A DNA stretch of 64,000 bases. Source: Guillardia theta CCMP2712. Its lineage: Eukaryota; Protista; Cryptophyta. The notes below the pieces were generated by a model. It was not told where the DNA came from and did not search any database. It worked only from the letters and a program-made list of their open reading frames with translations. The stretch lies in contig NW_005434610.1 in NCBI RefSeq assembly GCF_000315625.1, positions 297,698 to 361,697 on the forward strand, given 5' to 3'. Position numbers and translations under genes: made by a program. Positions 47,698-61,780 of this stretch are shown in pieces; the stretch's first letter is position 1; every line of letters starts with the position of its first letter.

Positions 47698-48274
47698 GTT
47701 TAAACCAGCACGGCTGTCTGATTGACGACCAGCCTGAGACCACCGACAAAGCTTATCTCATCGGCAAGGCATCAACTGCTTCATCTTTCCAGTGAACATC
47801 TCTGCGCTGAAAGAGCACTCAAGCCGACCCCATCACGATATCCCATAGAGCGTCCTCCCGATCTAGTAGTATTTATTGAAGAGGGCCCAGCGGCTAGGTG
47901 GGGTCTTGAGGTATTGGGGGGTGAAAGGAAACTGGGGTAGTACTGAGAGTAAAACCAAGGAAAAATGAGGGGTGGTGAAATGGAAGGGGATGGAACAGGG
48001 GGTGGGTTGCGGAGTAGATGAACATACCTGGGGGGTGAGGGGGCACTCCCTACCGTTACGACTCTAGTCTCTGAGGCGGGTTCGTTGATGACTCCGGGGC
48101 CCGGCCCGGTCCGGGCCCGCCGCGCGCGAACTGTGGAAGTCCACCCGGTGACCGGCAGTGCAGGATGACTCACCGTCCGGCGTTGCGCTTCCCGGTCCTG
48201 TGGACGGTGTCAGACGGTGGCCGGCCCGGATCGCTCGGCGAACCGTCACTGTGAAGGAAACGGCAATGGTTGGG

Positions 48275-48328
48275 CTCGCTGTCTTTTCTCTTCTCGCCGT
48301 TTAGCCTGTGCGACAGTGTCAGGGTCAA
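48275..48328 (+). repeat. Dispersed intergenic module, second copy
   Basis: ctcgctgtcttttctc.tctcgccgt.t.gcctgtgcgacagt..agggtcaa is shared with 24895-24948. Confidence 0.8.
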
Positions 48329-48874
48329 GCCTCCTCGACTCTCCTGAGTCTCAGGTGATCCAAACTCCGTTTGGTCATCATGCCGCCGGGCCATTCCGGC
48401 TCAGCGGCCACCCGGCGTCCTTGACCGCTGATACTGAGAGGTTAGGCCTCTGGCAGGCTGTCTATCTCGGCCGGTCCTTGCCCGCAGGCCCTACTACTGA
48501 AGACGCAAGCGGCGCAGGAACTGAGAGGTGGATAATTGAAAACTCCAACTTGGTACTGCTTCAAATAAATGACTGATTATTTTGTACGTGGTAGGAGAGC
48601 ATGATAGTTGAAGAATGCGAGGATTATGGTGGAAAACAACCCCCCGGCGAGATATGACTGTTCGACATCAAGCGATCCCGACCGCTGGGCATTTTATGGA
48701 GGATTGGCGCCAATAAGTAGATGGCGCTACATGGCAACAGAGGGACGGAGCAAGTTGAAATCATCAAGGCAGAGGTTGATCCTTACATGCTCTCTGTGAA
48801 AACAGCGAAATCACAAAAGGTCTGATACTCTAATATGAGTCGCGTGCTGCAAGACATGACCCCAAGAAAATGAC

Positions 48875-51800
48875 ATGCACCACTCTGTGAGAATAAGCTT
48901 GAGACATTTCATGCACGTCCGACTCAGATATTGGATATCGCTCTGGTTTTTCCTGTCAATTTGTGCAACTTCGTCATCCGAGATCACATCAACAGTGACA
49001 TGGAGTGCTCAAAATTTGAATACGTGCGCTGAATACCAGGTAAACCGCCTGGTCAATGCATCACCATGTTGATCGTTGAATTTGACAGGCGTCATCAACT
49101 GCATGCAAATGTTATTCGTTTGATGCATACTCAAATGCGTGTATAAGCTCTCCTCCAAGTCCTGCTCTAGTATCAAGTAGCACTGCTCAAACGCCAGTCG
49201 CCTGTACATCCAAGCCTTTCCAGTATCGCATTAACGACAAGCATGTATAACTCTTACTGTTACCGCAGGCAATTCGCATGCACAAGTGGCACCCTAAATG
49301 ATCCAAACTGCAATTGTCAGAGCACATGCCAACAGATCGATACAGGGTAACAAATAAACTTATGCCTACCCATTTCCCAGTTTTGAGAATGTTAACAGAT
49401 GGGGTGCTTCAGCTCAAAACAACGATGCACGCTGCATGTTTTCAATGTTGGCTTTAGAAGATACTTGGGTCTCACTCAACTTCAACTTTGAACTGAAAGA
49501 TGGGTAAATTTAACATTTTCATTTTGTTTGAGATTCTTACTCATGCATACCTTTTAGATCTGGCAACCCGATAGCAACATCTACCTCAGCTCAAAATGCA
49601 TTGTTGAAATGCCCAGACGGTTTGCAGCAGACGTTCAAAGTAACAATAAGGTCGTATTACGGAATGTTTGAACTTTACGGATTACGAGCTCTCTGCAAAT
49701 TTTCGACTCAGACTTGCACATATCAAGCTTCAGAGATTCAGAAATTGGTGTCATCTCTGCAAAGTGGTTCCATCCCTCAGATTTTGAACTTTAGCAAATA
49801 TTCTAACTATGAAGACATTGAGGTGCTTGGAACATATGAGGAAGTTTACAATTCAATCTCGAACATATTATATCGGTCAAATCTCAATCAAAATTCGTTG
49901 AGGCTGAAAAACAAATATTACAATCCCTTAGCGTCTCAGCAACGACCATATGAAGAACTTGAATATAAAATTTTGTCAACCAACTGTTCGAGCAATAACC
50001 TTGTATTGATTAACATATCGGTACTTGTAGGAATCGTGGACATTGATGATGCTCCAGCCATTGTGAATCCCAGTTCGACCTATACCACACCAAAAACATG
50101 TACATCAAATGATCTAACATACGAATGTAATTTTGGACAATTTTACGCATTTGAAGATTCATCTCAGATAACAAGAGTCGGTGGCTTTACGATCGCAGAT
50201 GTTGATTTGTTTGAAAGCTGCACTTCTGTCGACCAATTTTGTAATGCTTTGGATGTAAATGTGGAGACATACATTGGATTTATTTCGCTAAACTCTGTTT
50301 CGGGTCTGACGATATACCAGGATACTTCAACAAAGCAAGGATTTATAGGATCCATAACAGCTAGTCAGTTGGCGATAAATCCGATCCAATATCAAACAAG
50401 GTTGCAAGGACTTGGCCCAGGGGTCCAGATGACATATTACAATACACAGAACGGTCAGAATTCACAATTTGTAACTCTAAAAGTTTCTGACCAAGGATCC
50501 ACTGGGTTTACGGGAAATCCACAGACAACCTCCTCTTCGGTCAATGTAACGATAGTAGCGGTAAACAATGCACCAACGATCACGATAAATTTGTACAAAA
50601 ACCTTTTCAATGCCGTCGAAAACGTTCCAATACTGTTTACAGGAATCTTAATTCAAGATGTTGACGTCAGTGAAAAGTTAAATTCATCGTTGGCACACAA
50701 AACGTGGATGAAATCTCGCCAGGCTCAAACTACACTGAATCAACTCAAGCTGACTCTTCAATTCATTCATGGGACTGCGAAATTCCTTTATTCCAGAAAT
50801 CTAAGAATTATTCAAGCTCAAGGGATGGAGCTTCTCACTATCAAGCCCAATTTCTATGGTGACGATGTTTGTAGAACCTTGCCGATCTTATACAGCTTGC
50901 ATGATTTGACATCAAGTGGAGTGAAAACAATGGTGACATACGATAAAGTCTGTGCTTATTCGAATGCAGGGACTTCGCAGTGCTTGACAGGGCAAGAATT
51001 GACTTGCTCCTGTCTCATAGACAATTTCTGCAATTCAGAATCTTACATAACATTGTACTTGAATACGTCAAAGCAGCTGATGTTCACAGATTCATCTGGA
51101 TCGTTTCACAAATGGGGTGATGTACTTGCAGACATATTAGAGAACTCGAACAAGACGTGTGGGGGTCTTCCTTTCTTTGCTCATCCAAACGATTTCAGTT
51201 ATGGTATACCTTGCAAAGCGGATTCCGATTGCTATGCGGTTGAGGCATGCGTTCCTGGGCAAACTTGTCGATGCTGTGCCGATCTAGCAACAGTGTGCAC
51301 TTCGAACGCTGATTGTAATACTTTGAGCCCTGGATCTTTGTGCGGTTGCATGCGAGACAATCAAGGAACAGGTCTCTGTGGACAGTATTGCTTAGATGCT
51401 GGTCTGACAATGGGCTGTACCAGTAACATTGTACAAATTGGATCCGTGTTGCCACGATATTATGGGTCAAAGTGTAGCTATCGCGCACCGTTCCCGAACT
51501 CACTTCTGTATGGTTCCAACACACCAGAACTACGAAGCTGTCTGTCACCCTCATTTGTGGTCAATGGTTCTGTGCATGCCAACGCTCTGAATCTTGTCTC
51601 AGCTGAGGTTGCAACAGAAGGAAGCACCAAGGTATCGATCACAGCTGATCTTGTTGATATGCAAAGGGTTTTATCAAACATTCAATATACAACAATTCAA
51701 CACTTCAATCGTTTATGGCGACCTCCTGCTTCAAGTCAAGGACTGGACTTTGACCCTGCAGCAAACATATTTGACAGGATGACTGTGGAGGTTGAAGATT

Positions 51801-54800
51801 TGGGCAATTCTGGAGGGACTGAATTAGTCAACAATCGTGTAAGTTCCACGGTGGATATTCTTGTTGCTGCAGTGAACAACAAACCCAGCGCAAACGGCCC
51901 CGCAAAAATTTTTGCAACAGAAGATAATCCATATCATTTCAATGGAACCTTGAACATTTCAGATCCCGATTATCTGGATTATGGATTTTCAAGCAGAATA
52001 CTGTACGTCAATTTATCTTGCAGTCACTGCCGTCTGTATTTGAACGAGACGTTTTTACGTTCTGCTCTTGTACAGAAAAAAATTCAAATGAAGTTTTGGA
52101 ATGGAGTTGAACAGAGAGGGTACTATTGGATGTTTTCAAATGGTGGACCTCCGAAATTTGGGGATGGTTGTCAATTCATTCCCCAGTGCTCAGACAATTC
52201 AACTTTTCGAAGTCCTGATAGTCCATGGGGATTTTTTAAGTCAGCCAAGTATGGCGTTGTCTATTCTCCTCTTACTTCAGGAGGTCCCTCAGTTGGGTGC
52301 GGAGTTTGCCCAGCAGATACAGGGAATAGATTCATATCGATTGAAGGAACATTTGAAAACATAAATCGTGCCCTGTCGCTTGTGACATATCTTCCAGATC
52401 CAAACTTCAACACCGAAACCGGTATTCAAGAGAGGTTGATATTACAAGTGGACGATAATGGCGCTATTGGAGACAATGTGAATGCTCCAGCTTTGACGGA
52501 TGAATTGCAGATTGTAGTTGACATCAAAGCTGTTAACGATCGGCCAATCATTGGAAGGAAGGTATCTTCTCCAAGACAAATTTTTCCATACGATGGTGGA
52601 AGAACTCTTCCAACCTCTGTGTTTCAGGACAAGATACTACCGATCAACCAATCTATGTATAGTTTGTGCATGAATCTGCCTCCAGCAAGTCAACAATATT
52701 ATAGCCTTTGTGGGCCAACACAAAGAGAATACATTGATGTCGACGAGGACACTCCGTTCATAATCCTTTCAGATGTGCTTTACATCGATGATGTAGATTC
52801 TGGAGATGCACTGTTGGTTTCATCACCGAGACAATTCTGTTGTGCAGCTGATGGGCCAAATGGCTGTGTATGTGGTGAACCTTGTACCTGTAACCAACCT
52901 CCGGTTTGTCTCAAAGGGTCGATCGCAGGGACTTTGCTGATTCAATTGAAGGTGATCAATGGCATGCTTACCTTCCTTCCTCCACCTGGACGGCAATTCA
53001 TTCCTGGGATAGAGATCTTAACTAATTCTACCGCAACATCGATGCCAAAAGGCGGTTCGATGGTGCCATGCTCCAACATCGTGGCATGCACAGTAAATGT
53101 TTCAGAGATCAATTTTCGCACGACGGTCGCAAATTTTCAGCAAGCGATGGACTGGAATTTTTTGTCTTACCAAGGAAAGCCAAATTTCTTCGGCCGTGAT
53201 TTTCTCAGTATTTGGGTGTCTGATGAGGGTTTTACAGATAATTGCTACACTCCCCCGCTTGCACAAGAGCTAGTGTTGGACATTCGTGTCGTTGGAATCA
53301 ATGACCCACCAGTTATATCTGCGACAAACCAAGTCTTGGTCTATGACAAGGGCCGTAGATGCTATTCTGACTTCATGCTCTTTCCTGTCAATCCGGATGG
53401 AATGTCCACTAATTGCGTCAATGCCAGTTCAAGCTTGGTTCCTCCCCGAATCTTTGGGAGCAGTGTGTACATCACTGATGTGGATATGAACTACTTGTCA
53501 TACGCTAATATGACGCTAACGCTGAAGATCGGAGACAATCCTGCACTGCACCAGAACGCTGGCCAATTTTTCTTCCCTGAAGTTACAATCACGGCAAACA
53601 ATTGGTATGAAATGTACAGGGACTCGACAGGCATTCTGACCATGGTCATACAAGGCAAGATGGAGAGCATAAATCAACTCCTTGCGGAAATGAGATATGA
53701 TGCCAGTCCTTCTTTTCAAGGATATGTTCCATTCCAAATCATCGCAGACGATATGAAAAACTATGGAGAATGTAGTGGTAACCATATTTGCGGTGCAGAT
53801 TTTCCATGTATCAATCACAACTTGGCTGGGAGCCACGTTCCAGTCTTGGTTGGTTTGACAACGACAGTACTTGATGCAACTGTGGTGACACCGGGGAGTT
53901 GTGTATCTACCACCTGTCGTGCTTGTAATCAAGAGCCCGGTTGTGGTTGGTGTCCAAGCATCTGTTCGTTCCAGGGAGGAAAGTGCATTGCCCGATCGAA
54001 TTCCGGTCCTAAGTTCGAATCTTGCCCTGTAGATCCTGTCACAGGACGCAAATTTATGGAGTGTCAGGTCCCTGGATCCAATTGGTTGGTACCCACTGTT
54101 GCTGTCCTAGTTTCTGTCTTCTTGCTGGCATTTGGGTCTTTCTGTTTTATGCAGTGGATTCGAAAGAGACATGGATCCTTCATGCAGTACATTCGTCGGA
54201 AGCAAGCTGATCTACAAAGAGCTGGTAGGAAAGCACACATCTTACCGCCTGAAACTGCAAATTACAACAAATTCTTTTTCCTCATTTTGATCATTGTCAT
54301 TACAATTACAGCATTCATGTTGATCTATGAACCGCAATTACGATGCCAGTTTGACCAGAGCTTCACACTCGACAGAGCTTCATCCTTGTACCTTTCTATG
54401 GATAACTGCATGGTAATTTTTCTTGTTCCTGCGACGATTAACGGTTGGACTGACTTGAAAATTTGCAGGTTCGATTCATCCCTTCATACAATCAACCTTA
54501 CCCTGACAATCAGTTGACGTCGTTGAAGGTCCAAATAGCTCTGACCAAGGATCCGCTGATAAAACTTGCGACCGACAATTGCAACTACAATTCAACGATT
54601 TCGATTTCAAACGAAAGGGAGATTTCCAAGAGATACTCGAACTACATCTGCAATATGCAGATCATTGTGCCGAATAGGTTTGTCCTACCACAGACTACGA
54701 TTTATGCCAATGGACAGAACGTAACAAAGGTGAGAGCAGGTCCCATGGACCAGGACACCCAAAATTTCGGCCTTGATTTTGGACCTAACACGTTCAGTCT

Positions 54801-57330
54801 GGTTGGCAATTACTTAGAAGCGAGGGTGCAGAACTTAAGTTGTAAGTCGCTCGTCTACTCAGTTACTCATGGGTCTCTCCTTGGTGTTGATGTTCGAGCG
54901 ACACAAGGATCTTTCTCAAGCGATGATGCGGATTTAATCCTTACATCACAAGTGATGACTTCGGTGCAATTCTGGCAAAAGTCTTCGAATGCGGTATGTT
55001 TGTCGGCAGCTAATGGATCACTCTACGTTGACAACTCCTGTAAACGAGTTTGCAAATACAGGAATCTTGCAGAGAACATTCAGCCGGTCATCCCGAACAG
55101 ACGGAGGTTACTTGGCTCTTTCTCAAGTTTGCCATGGATATGTTCACCTCTGGCGAATGGAACGCTAAATTGCACGCATTACGATCCTGTTGCAGCAGCA
55201 ATCGCTGACGAATGTCCTGTCGGAGCGATGTACAAATTCAAGTCCCAGGTTCCACAAATTCCAGGCTGCTATGACTTGCAAACATGTACGCTGAATCAAT
55301 CCGCACAATGCCTGTGCAAGCCTGAATGCGATATGAAAAATCTCAACCCACCTGGTCTTTGCGACACATCTGGACGGTGCTGTCAAACTGTGTGTGGTGG
55401 TTACTCAGGTGCTGACATGTTTCCGAATGAAAACATGCCGCGGTGTGGCATCCTTGTGGACAAGGTCAAGTACCCCTACTGCAACGGTACTCTGACTCAA
55501 CAATGGAAATTCACCTCCAACTCTGGTCAAATAGCAGTGACAGTCTCGGCGAACTCTACGGGGAGCAACAACACGGTCTCTTCATATCAGGGCTCGCAGC
55601 CTTCCCCAACGCTGCCGGTGACGATTGACATCCCAACCTCGGACAAGAAGACTCTCAACCAGCTCTTCCACCCTGGTGGGTCTGTCGTTCCCAACTACGA
55701 CCGGTTTCAATTTCAAATGTCTGGTCCAGGTGCGCCAGAACCCTCTGTTGGAATATTCGTGTGGTTGTCAAACGTAAGGTATCTGGCAATTCCAAGTTGG
55801 ATATACAGCCTGCTGTCCCTGAACCTCCTCACTCCTACAACCGGCTCCGTGCTCCTTCATCTCTCCCCAGCATTTTGTCCAGCATTCGTCTCTAGCACCA
55901 GCGAAGCGTTTTATTCTAGATTGGTCCAGATCGAGAAGCTTTTGGTTTCAACGTTACAAACATATCCAGCTTCATCATCATCAAAACCGCTTCCTGTGAG
56001 CAGCCTGATCATGTTCCACCGAGTAGGCGCCCACCCCATTCTATTTGCGACTGATCCAAACACAAACGTTGCAAGTGCAAAAGAAGTCAAGCCACTTGAC
56101 TACAACCTCATCATTTCGATTGTCCTTATCGCTGTCATTTTCCCTGCGGTGGTGTCTTTTATTGCAGCACTGCTAGCTTTTCGATTTGGATCCAAGTATC
56201 TCAAAGATTTTCGGTCGCTCAAGGTCAAGGAAGAGTACATGATCTCAAATGTGAAACAATTGTTCATCGGCATCGAAGAGTATTTTGACGAAGGGTTGAT
56301 TGAATACAAGATGAAATACGAAGAGATGGTGGGAAGGAGCAATTGGTTCTACATGTTTGAGACCTTCGTGTGGGGAGCAGATGCGCAGAGATCTTTGCTG
56401 GCAGAGTTATGGATTGTGTTTGTTGAAATCTTGGCCTTCATGCTGCCAGCCATCCTTATCTACGTTGTCGCTGAAATGACCTCCGCGGAATATCTCGCGT
56501 TCAGGTGCGACCTGAGGGCAGACTACTGTAATTGCATGGGAGAGAAAGACTCCATCCTGTACGCGTTCATCGCTGTAGAGTACATCGCCATCTCCTACGT
56601 TTGCATCGGATTTCTTGAGCTGGTCTTGTATTACCTCAGTCTCCCATTCGATTCATTCCGAAAGTTAATCAGATATGTATTTTACTCTCTACTGTTTTTC
56701 ATGGGCTGGTTTGTTCTCTCAGTGTTTTCTATGGTGGTTCTCTTCATATTTCTAGGAGTTTTGTTCAAACCTGCCTTTGTTATCCCGTATGGCATCGCCA
56801 TTGTTGGCACATTCTCAGCCTCGGCTTCCTTGCATGCCAAGCTCATGAAACTTCGGATCAGAGTGCAAACAGGGATTATCAAGAAGGTCGAGCTGGAACG
56901 AAAGAAGCTCAACAACATTCCTCCTGCTCTTTCGGAGCTTCTCATCAGAAAGAACTTTGAACAGGCGCTTCATGACAATGGTCTCTCGATATCAAGGATA
57001 ACTCTCACAGTATTTGGATTTGTGTGCTTGATTGCAAGCATTTACGCTTTCGTGTTCATCGGCTTTAATGCCTTCACATCTCCAGGAGATGTCATCGCAA
57101 GCTACGTCAACAGCGCGATCTCGATCGGAATCTCATTAGTCACTCAGCAAGTCCTTGCAAGCGAGGGTGAGGAGGAAGACGTCCGGAACAAGGTAGATGA
57201 CGTGCAGGACAAGATCATGAAATCGCTCAAGGGTGTGCTAAGGATGGTGTCGAAACAGATCCACCTCGCCATGAAGCTGTACACGAGATTGAAGGTCTCA
57301 GGGAATCTGGAAGTAGCCAAGGCCGAGTGA
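48875..57330 (+). CDS. Giant cell-surface protein: signal peptide, cadherin-like repeats, Cys-rich inserts, PSI domain, multiple TM segments
   Basis: Cadherin-like linkers: IVDIDDAPAI, IVAVNNAPTI, VAAVNNKPS, IKAVNDRPII, VVGINDPPVI. PSI-like TCRACNQEPGCGWC. ORFs 49601-54517 and 54463-57330 are joined in frame by intron 54413-54468. RRRLL processing motif and about 7 C-terminal TM helices. The gene may extend past 57330. Confidence 0.75.
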
Positions 57331-58412
57331 TCAGCGTTTTATTGAAACCTCTCAGACGAGACGATAGGTTGCTACCTGGTGTCTGGACAGGATCTTCACC
57401 AGGAGTGAACAGTGCCGTCACCTGTGAACTGGTCAAGGGAGGAGACGGAAGGTTGTATTGTTGTCAAAGAAGCGAAGAAGGTCCAAGAGGATGGGACGGG
57501 ACAGGAAGGAGAAAGGATCAAAGACAAGATCCAAGATGGTTAGGGGAATGCTCAGCAGGCTAACTTACAGTCGACGGTGTCAAGCCCGTAGCTGTCAGAA
57601 GACACCCCGAAGCTGGACATACGTCACATGACATGGGACGAGGCAAGGCATAAAGATTCGCTCACCCGCCGTTGGTTGACTGGCAGATCATGGTGCCTCC
57701 AAAGTCGCTCTTGCCGTTTCCGCCGGTCATGGTGGTGTTGGTGGTGTTGCAACCATGGTTGCCATTGGTGGTTCCTGGAAAGAAGAGATCAATGGTCTCA
57801 GATTTTTCATCTGTTCAGCGTTGAGGCTCTGTTGCAACAGGGAATATTGAAAGTTCACATAGCGCATCTTAATAAGACTAGGGTTGTGAAATAGCAAGAA
57901 GCTTTCTTTAAGATGTTGCAAACAAAGACTATTCAACTGACACTTGCTGGCGTCAGTTTCTTCCATGTCTGATGTTTTTTTGCAACACCCTTTCGTCATC
58001 TCTCTTCACTTTCCTTCTCGGATGTCTCAGGATTCTCGTCCTGTATCTCATCATCTTCTCCTTATCATCGTCATGATTGCCTCTCCTCTTCTTCTTCACC
58101 TTATCATCCTCATCATAGTCTCTCCTCGCTCATCATCATCATCATCATCATCATCATCTCCCTCTTACCGCAATTCGCGAAGGTGGCGAGCTCGACAAAC
58201 TGCTGCACGTCGCTGAACATGTTGCTGCTCTCTGCGGTCTTCCTGTTCCTCTGCTCAACCCCCCTACCCCAACCTCCTCTGTTTCTCAATTGCTGCTCTA
58301 ATGCCAAACGCCCCCCGTTCCCTCTCTTGCCCTCCAACCAGAAATAGCCTCCGTACTTGAGTACCAAACCTGACTGCCAAACTTGAAGCACCGCAGTCTT
58401 GTCAAAAGTACC

Positions 58413-58465
58413 CTCCTGATTGTCATCGTACTGATTTTTAACTTAACTTTGAGTAAAGAGTCAAG
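58413..58465 (+). repeat. Dispersed intergenic motif, copy 3
   Basis: ctcctgattgtcatcgtactgatttttaacttaactttgagtaaagagtcaag. Confidence 0.85.
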
Positions 58466-58772
58466 TTGTATTCGCCCATGCCGCGCTCTGTAGTCTGACG
58501 AGTCTCTTAAAAACTCACACTCATCAGTCAGTCAGATCATCGGATCGAGCCGCACTGATCCTACTATCATCCGGCGGCGACAAGCTGGCGGCACTGGACC
58601 AGCCGGCGACCCGCGTGTCAGTGACCGGGCCTGAGCAAAAAGAAGTGAAGCGGTGGGAAACATGAGCCTAAAAGAGATTCGAACTTAATAATTTACAATC
58701 ACAAGTAAGGTGACAAGTACTAGCAACAAACGGCGGCCGGGGCCATTCTACAGATTACGAAACTGCCGGTGG

Positions 58773-59666
58773 CTAGTCCGACTTTACCATGATCAGTGTC
58801 CTTGCCCGACCCAACCATAGGTTCGCCTCTTTTGATAGGGCGAAACAATACTTGTCCTGCCAAGTGACTGCATCAATGCACTGATGCTTCATTGTGTTCC
58901 TCCCTTTGAAAACCTCCAGGTCAAACCATTTCCATGATGAAATACGATTGCGATCCGAGCAACTCTCGATTCCCGACATATCAAAGTTGTACTGCACCAG
59001 AGGCACAACGAGGAAGCTTACAAAAAGAATCAGCAAAGAAAGGAGCAACAGCTTCCAAACAGCAGTAAACCATCTCCAAGGGACCCTTGTAGGCACCTCA
59101 GGCATTTGGGCCTGTAACAAGATCGGCTTTCTCGCTGGGACCTCACGTTGTTTCATACCATCCACATTGCCCGCAAGTTCCACCTGAGATGCGCTCATGA
59201 TCTTGAACCGCGAGGAGGAAGGAGAGGGTAAGTCGTAGACTTGGTGCGAATTCCCAAGGTCCATGAGCGGCGACGGGAGCGAGCTGAGGTGGTACACTGG
59301 AGTTAGACTCGTCGGTGTGGACATGGCGGACGCGATCGAGTCTTGATCCGCTTCTCTTGTCAGCACCGCCAACTCATGGAGAAACCTTAGTTCGCTCGAA
59401 GAGCGAGGCGTGGGAGACATCGTCTCATGAAGAGTGCACTTGTACGAGCCATAATCGTAGGGTTCCGGAGCGCAGATGGCACCGTCTTGTGTTGTTGATG
59501 TTTCCGTTGATGCTGACGTCTTGAGGATTGCATTCTCTTTCCTCGGTGTCATATTCTCGGATTGTTTCGTCATGTGTTCTCTGATCTTGTCGCCAGCATT
59601 GAGAAAAATCATTCGCGTCGTAATGTCGGCGTACACGTCGCATTCTTGTGCCTCCGAACAAGGCAT
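58773..59666 (-). CDS. Hypothetical single-pass membrane protein
   Basis: 297-aa ORF with an S/T/P-rich N-terminus and one TM segment (LLLLSLLILFVSFLVVPLV). Confidence 0.55.
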   Translation of the reverse strand: MPCSEAQECDVYADITTRMIFLNAGDKIREHMTKQSENMTPRKENAILKTSASTETSTTQDGAICAPEPYDYGSYKCTLHETMSPTPRSSSELRFLHELAVLTREADQDSIASAMSTPTSLTPVYHLSSLPSPLMDLGNSHQVYDLPSPSSSRFKIMSASQVELAGNVDGMKQREVPARKPILLQAQMPEVPTRVPWRWFTAVWKLLLLSLLILFVSFLVVPLVQYNFDMSGIESCSDRNRISSWKWFDLEVFKGRNTMKHQCIDAVTWQDKYCFALSKEANLWLGRARTLIMVKSD

Positions 59667-60119
59667 GCTTGCGTCGTTCGATGGAGATCAGCGAGAACAG
59701 TCGAGGTGTAAAGGGAATGCTGAAAAATCAGGTGAAAAATGAAGAAGAGATTGAAAGAGGTTGAAGTAGCAGAGATAGCCGAGGTGTTGAAGAAGTGGAT
59801 GATAACAGAAAACCAGAGAGGATAACGTTGATATGATGAATACAGAGCAGCTTGCAGGTGGAGAGAGACTGGAATAGCCCACGAAAGGCAGACTAGAGAC
59901 TGAAAGAGGTTGAAGTGGAAGGAATAGCTATACGAGACAGGAAGAGATGACTTTCTGTGCAGCGAGGAGAGGAGGGAAAGGAGGAGAGAGAAGAGGGTAG
60001 GGCAGAGCAGAGGCGATAAGAGGAGAGGAGGACGGGGGATGGGAGGGGGAGATGTAGAGACAGGGGAGAGCGAGCCAGCAATGAGACTTGATTTTCCAAG
60101 TGGCGATCAAAAAAAGCAT

Positions 60120-60590
60120 TCTTTGGGTAGGGGTACTCAATGTAGGGGTACACTAAGTCGAAATGTTGATAGCTAAGGTCAGGGTATACATATTTTCGTT
60201 ATTGTAGGGTAGGGTAGTATATATATCTACAATGACCCGGTTTATTTTATGGTAATTGTGGGGTGTAACTTTACCTTTCGGTAACAAGTACCCGTTATTG
60301 GAATTTTCGGGGGTACCTTGCAGATCAAAGAACAATCACAACGGGGTACTTCAAAATGTGGGGGTAGGGGTACTTTTCCAGTGTAACGAAAGTGGATGAC
60401 AATAGTTTGGGGTGGGGGTTTCAAACACTACGGGTCAGCGATGAGCTAGTACCCCCTATTTCACTATAAAATCATGGGTCATATTCCACACGGGTACTTA
60501 ATGAGAGGGGTAGGGTCATCAAAATCTTTATCGGAGTGTCCACCCCTCTTCCTATGGTAAAAATGGGGTGGGGTGGGTAGGGCTCGGGCT
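60120..60590. repeat. Intergenic G-rich degenerate repeat tract (GGGTAGGGGTAC)
   Basis: gggtaggggtac at about 60125 and 60362, plus many variants. Confidence 0.6.
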
Positions 60591-60949
60591 TGTGATGAGG
60601 ACCGGAATGCAGGGAAGCCAAGGATGGCGATGCTCGGGAATGGTAGAGGCGCTCGGCAGTATTGCGAGCAGACAGACAACAACATTGAAGTGAGAATTTC
60701 TTGTTTTGTGAATGGAAACACAAAGAATGCTGTGACAACCAAGATTCCGAATGCGATGAACTATAATTTTATTTCTAAGAATTTGAAATCTCTTTTGCAT
60801 GCCGCAGTGTAAATGATCGTATCTCCACCTTCATCAATGATGCATACAACATAGCACTATACAAAACAGGTGACATGTAGCAAAACTTCACCTCGTTTCA
60901 ACGCCAAAACTCATGGAGACTTTCCAAGATGCTCATTGCAACTCGTCAA

Positions 60950-61780
60950 TTTCACTATCAGCGCCTTCCACCAGACACATTGAGATCTGGCAGTCCTTTC
61001 CAATCTCCATTCATGCCATAACGATTCCCTCCGTGACAGATTTAATTGCGTCGGCTAGATGCCTTGAGGGCTGCCTCGTACCATTCCAGTGCTTTTTCCT
61101 CATCATCGGCGACAAACTTGTAAGTGGCACGTGGAACCGATCCACCCATGAGCTCAGCAGTCTGTAAGCAAGATAGAAGAAGTAAAATGTTATTCGGATG
61201 ACATTCAGTTGAAGATGCAAGCCTTACCTGGATTTCAAGCTCCTTTCCCTTGAGATTTACCAGGCATCCATCGAAGCCTACAGGATGCAACTCAGTGCTG
61301 TACAAAACATCTAACGGAATCTTACAGAAGAACTTGCGAGGTTCCGTGTCATCTTGGTTGTCCATGAAGTAAAACTGCGTCACTAGTAAGTTGAGGCAAG
61401 AAGGAAATTTAGCAACTCGCACGCACGTTGTTTTCGTGAATCATGCACCAGATTTTTTGCTTCTTTGGCAACGTTTTGAGGTATCCCTTCATAAAGCACT
61501 TTTGAAAGAAGTCGGGAGGAACTTCTTGTTTACGGTTTACAACGGGCTGGACGAAAAACAAAAAGAAGAGAGAGAGAAAATCAGCTTCAACCATCTCGAA
61601 TCATATTCGGAGTAATCACCACAGGATTTTGCTTGTAGGAGCCAGGAACATTGGCCTGAACTATGACGTCAATGCTGACATTAAACTAGCATGAAAAAAA
61701 ATCTTGCCTGCCATTCGTGTTGGCCAGGAGCGCGGGATGAGCAGCAACCCATAATTCAGAATCCTGTTGAGACCGATCAT
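60950..61780 (-). CDS. PH-domain protein, multi-exon (boundaries approximate)
   Basis: FMKGYLKTLPKKQKIWCMIHEN / FYFMDNQDD...CKIPL / TYKFVADDEEKALEWYEAALKA, including the PH C-terminal helix with its conserved Trp. Confidence 0.65.
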
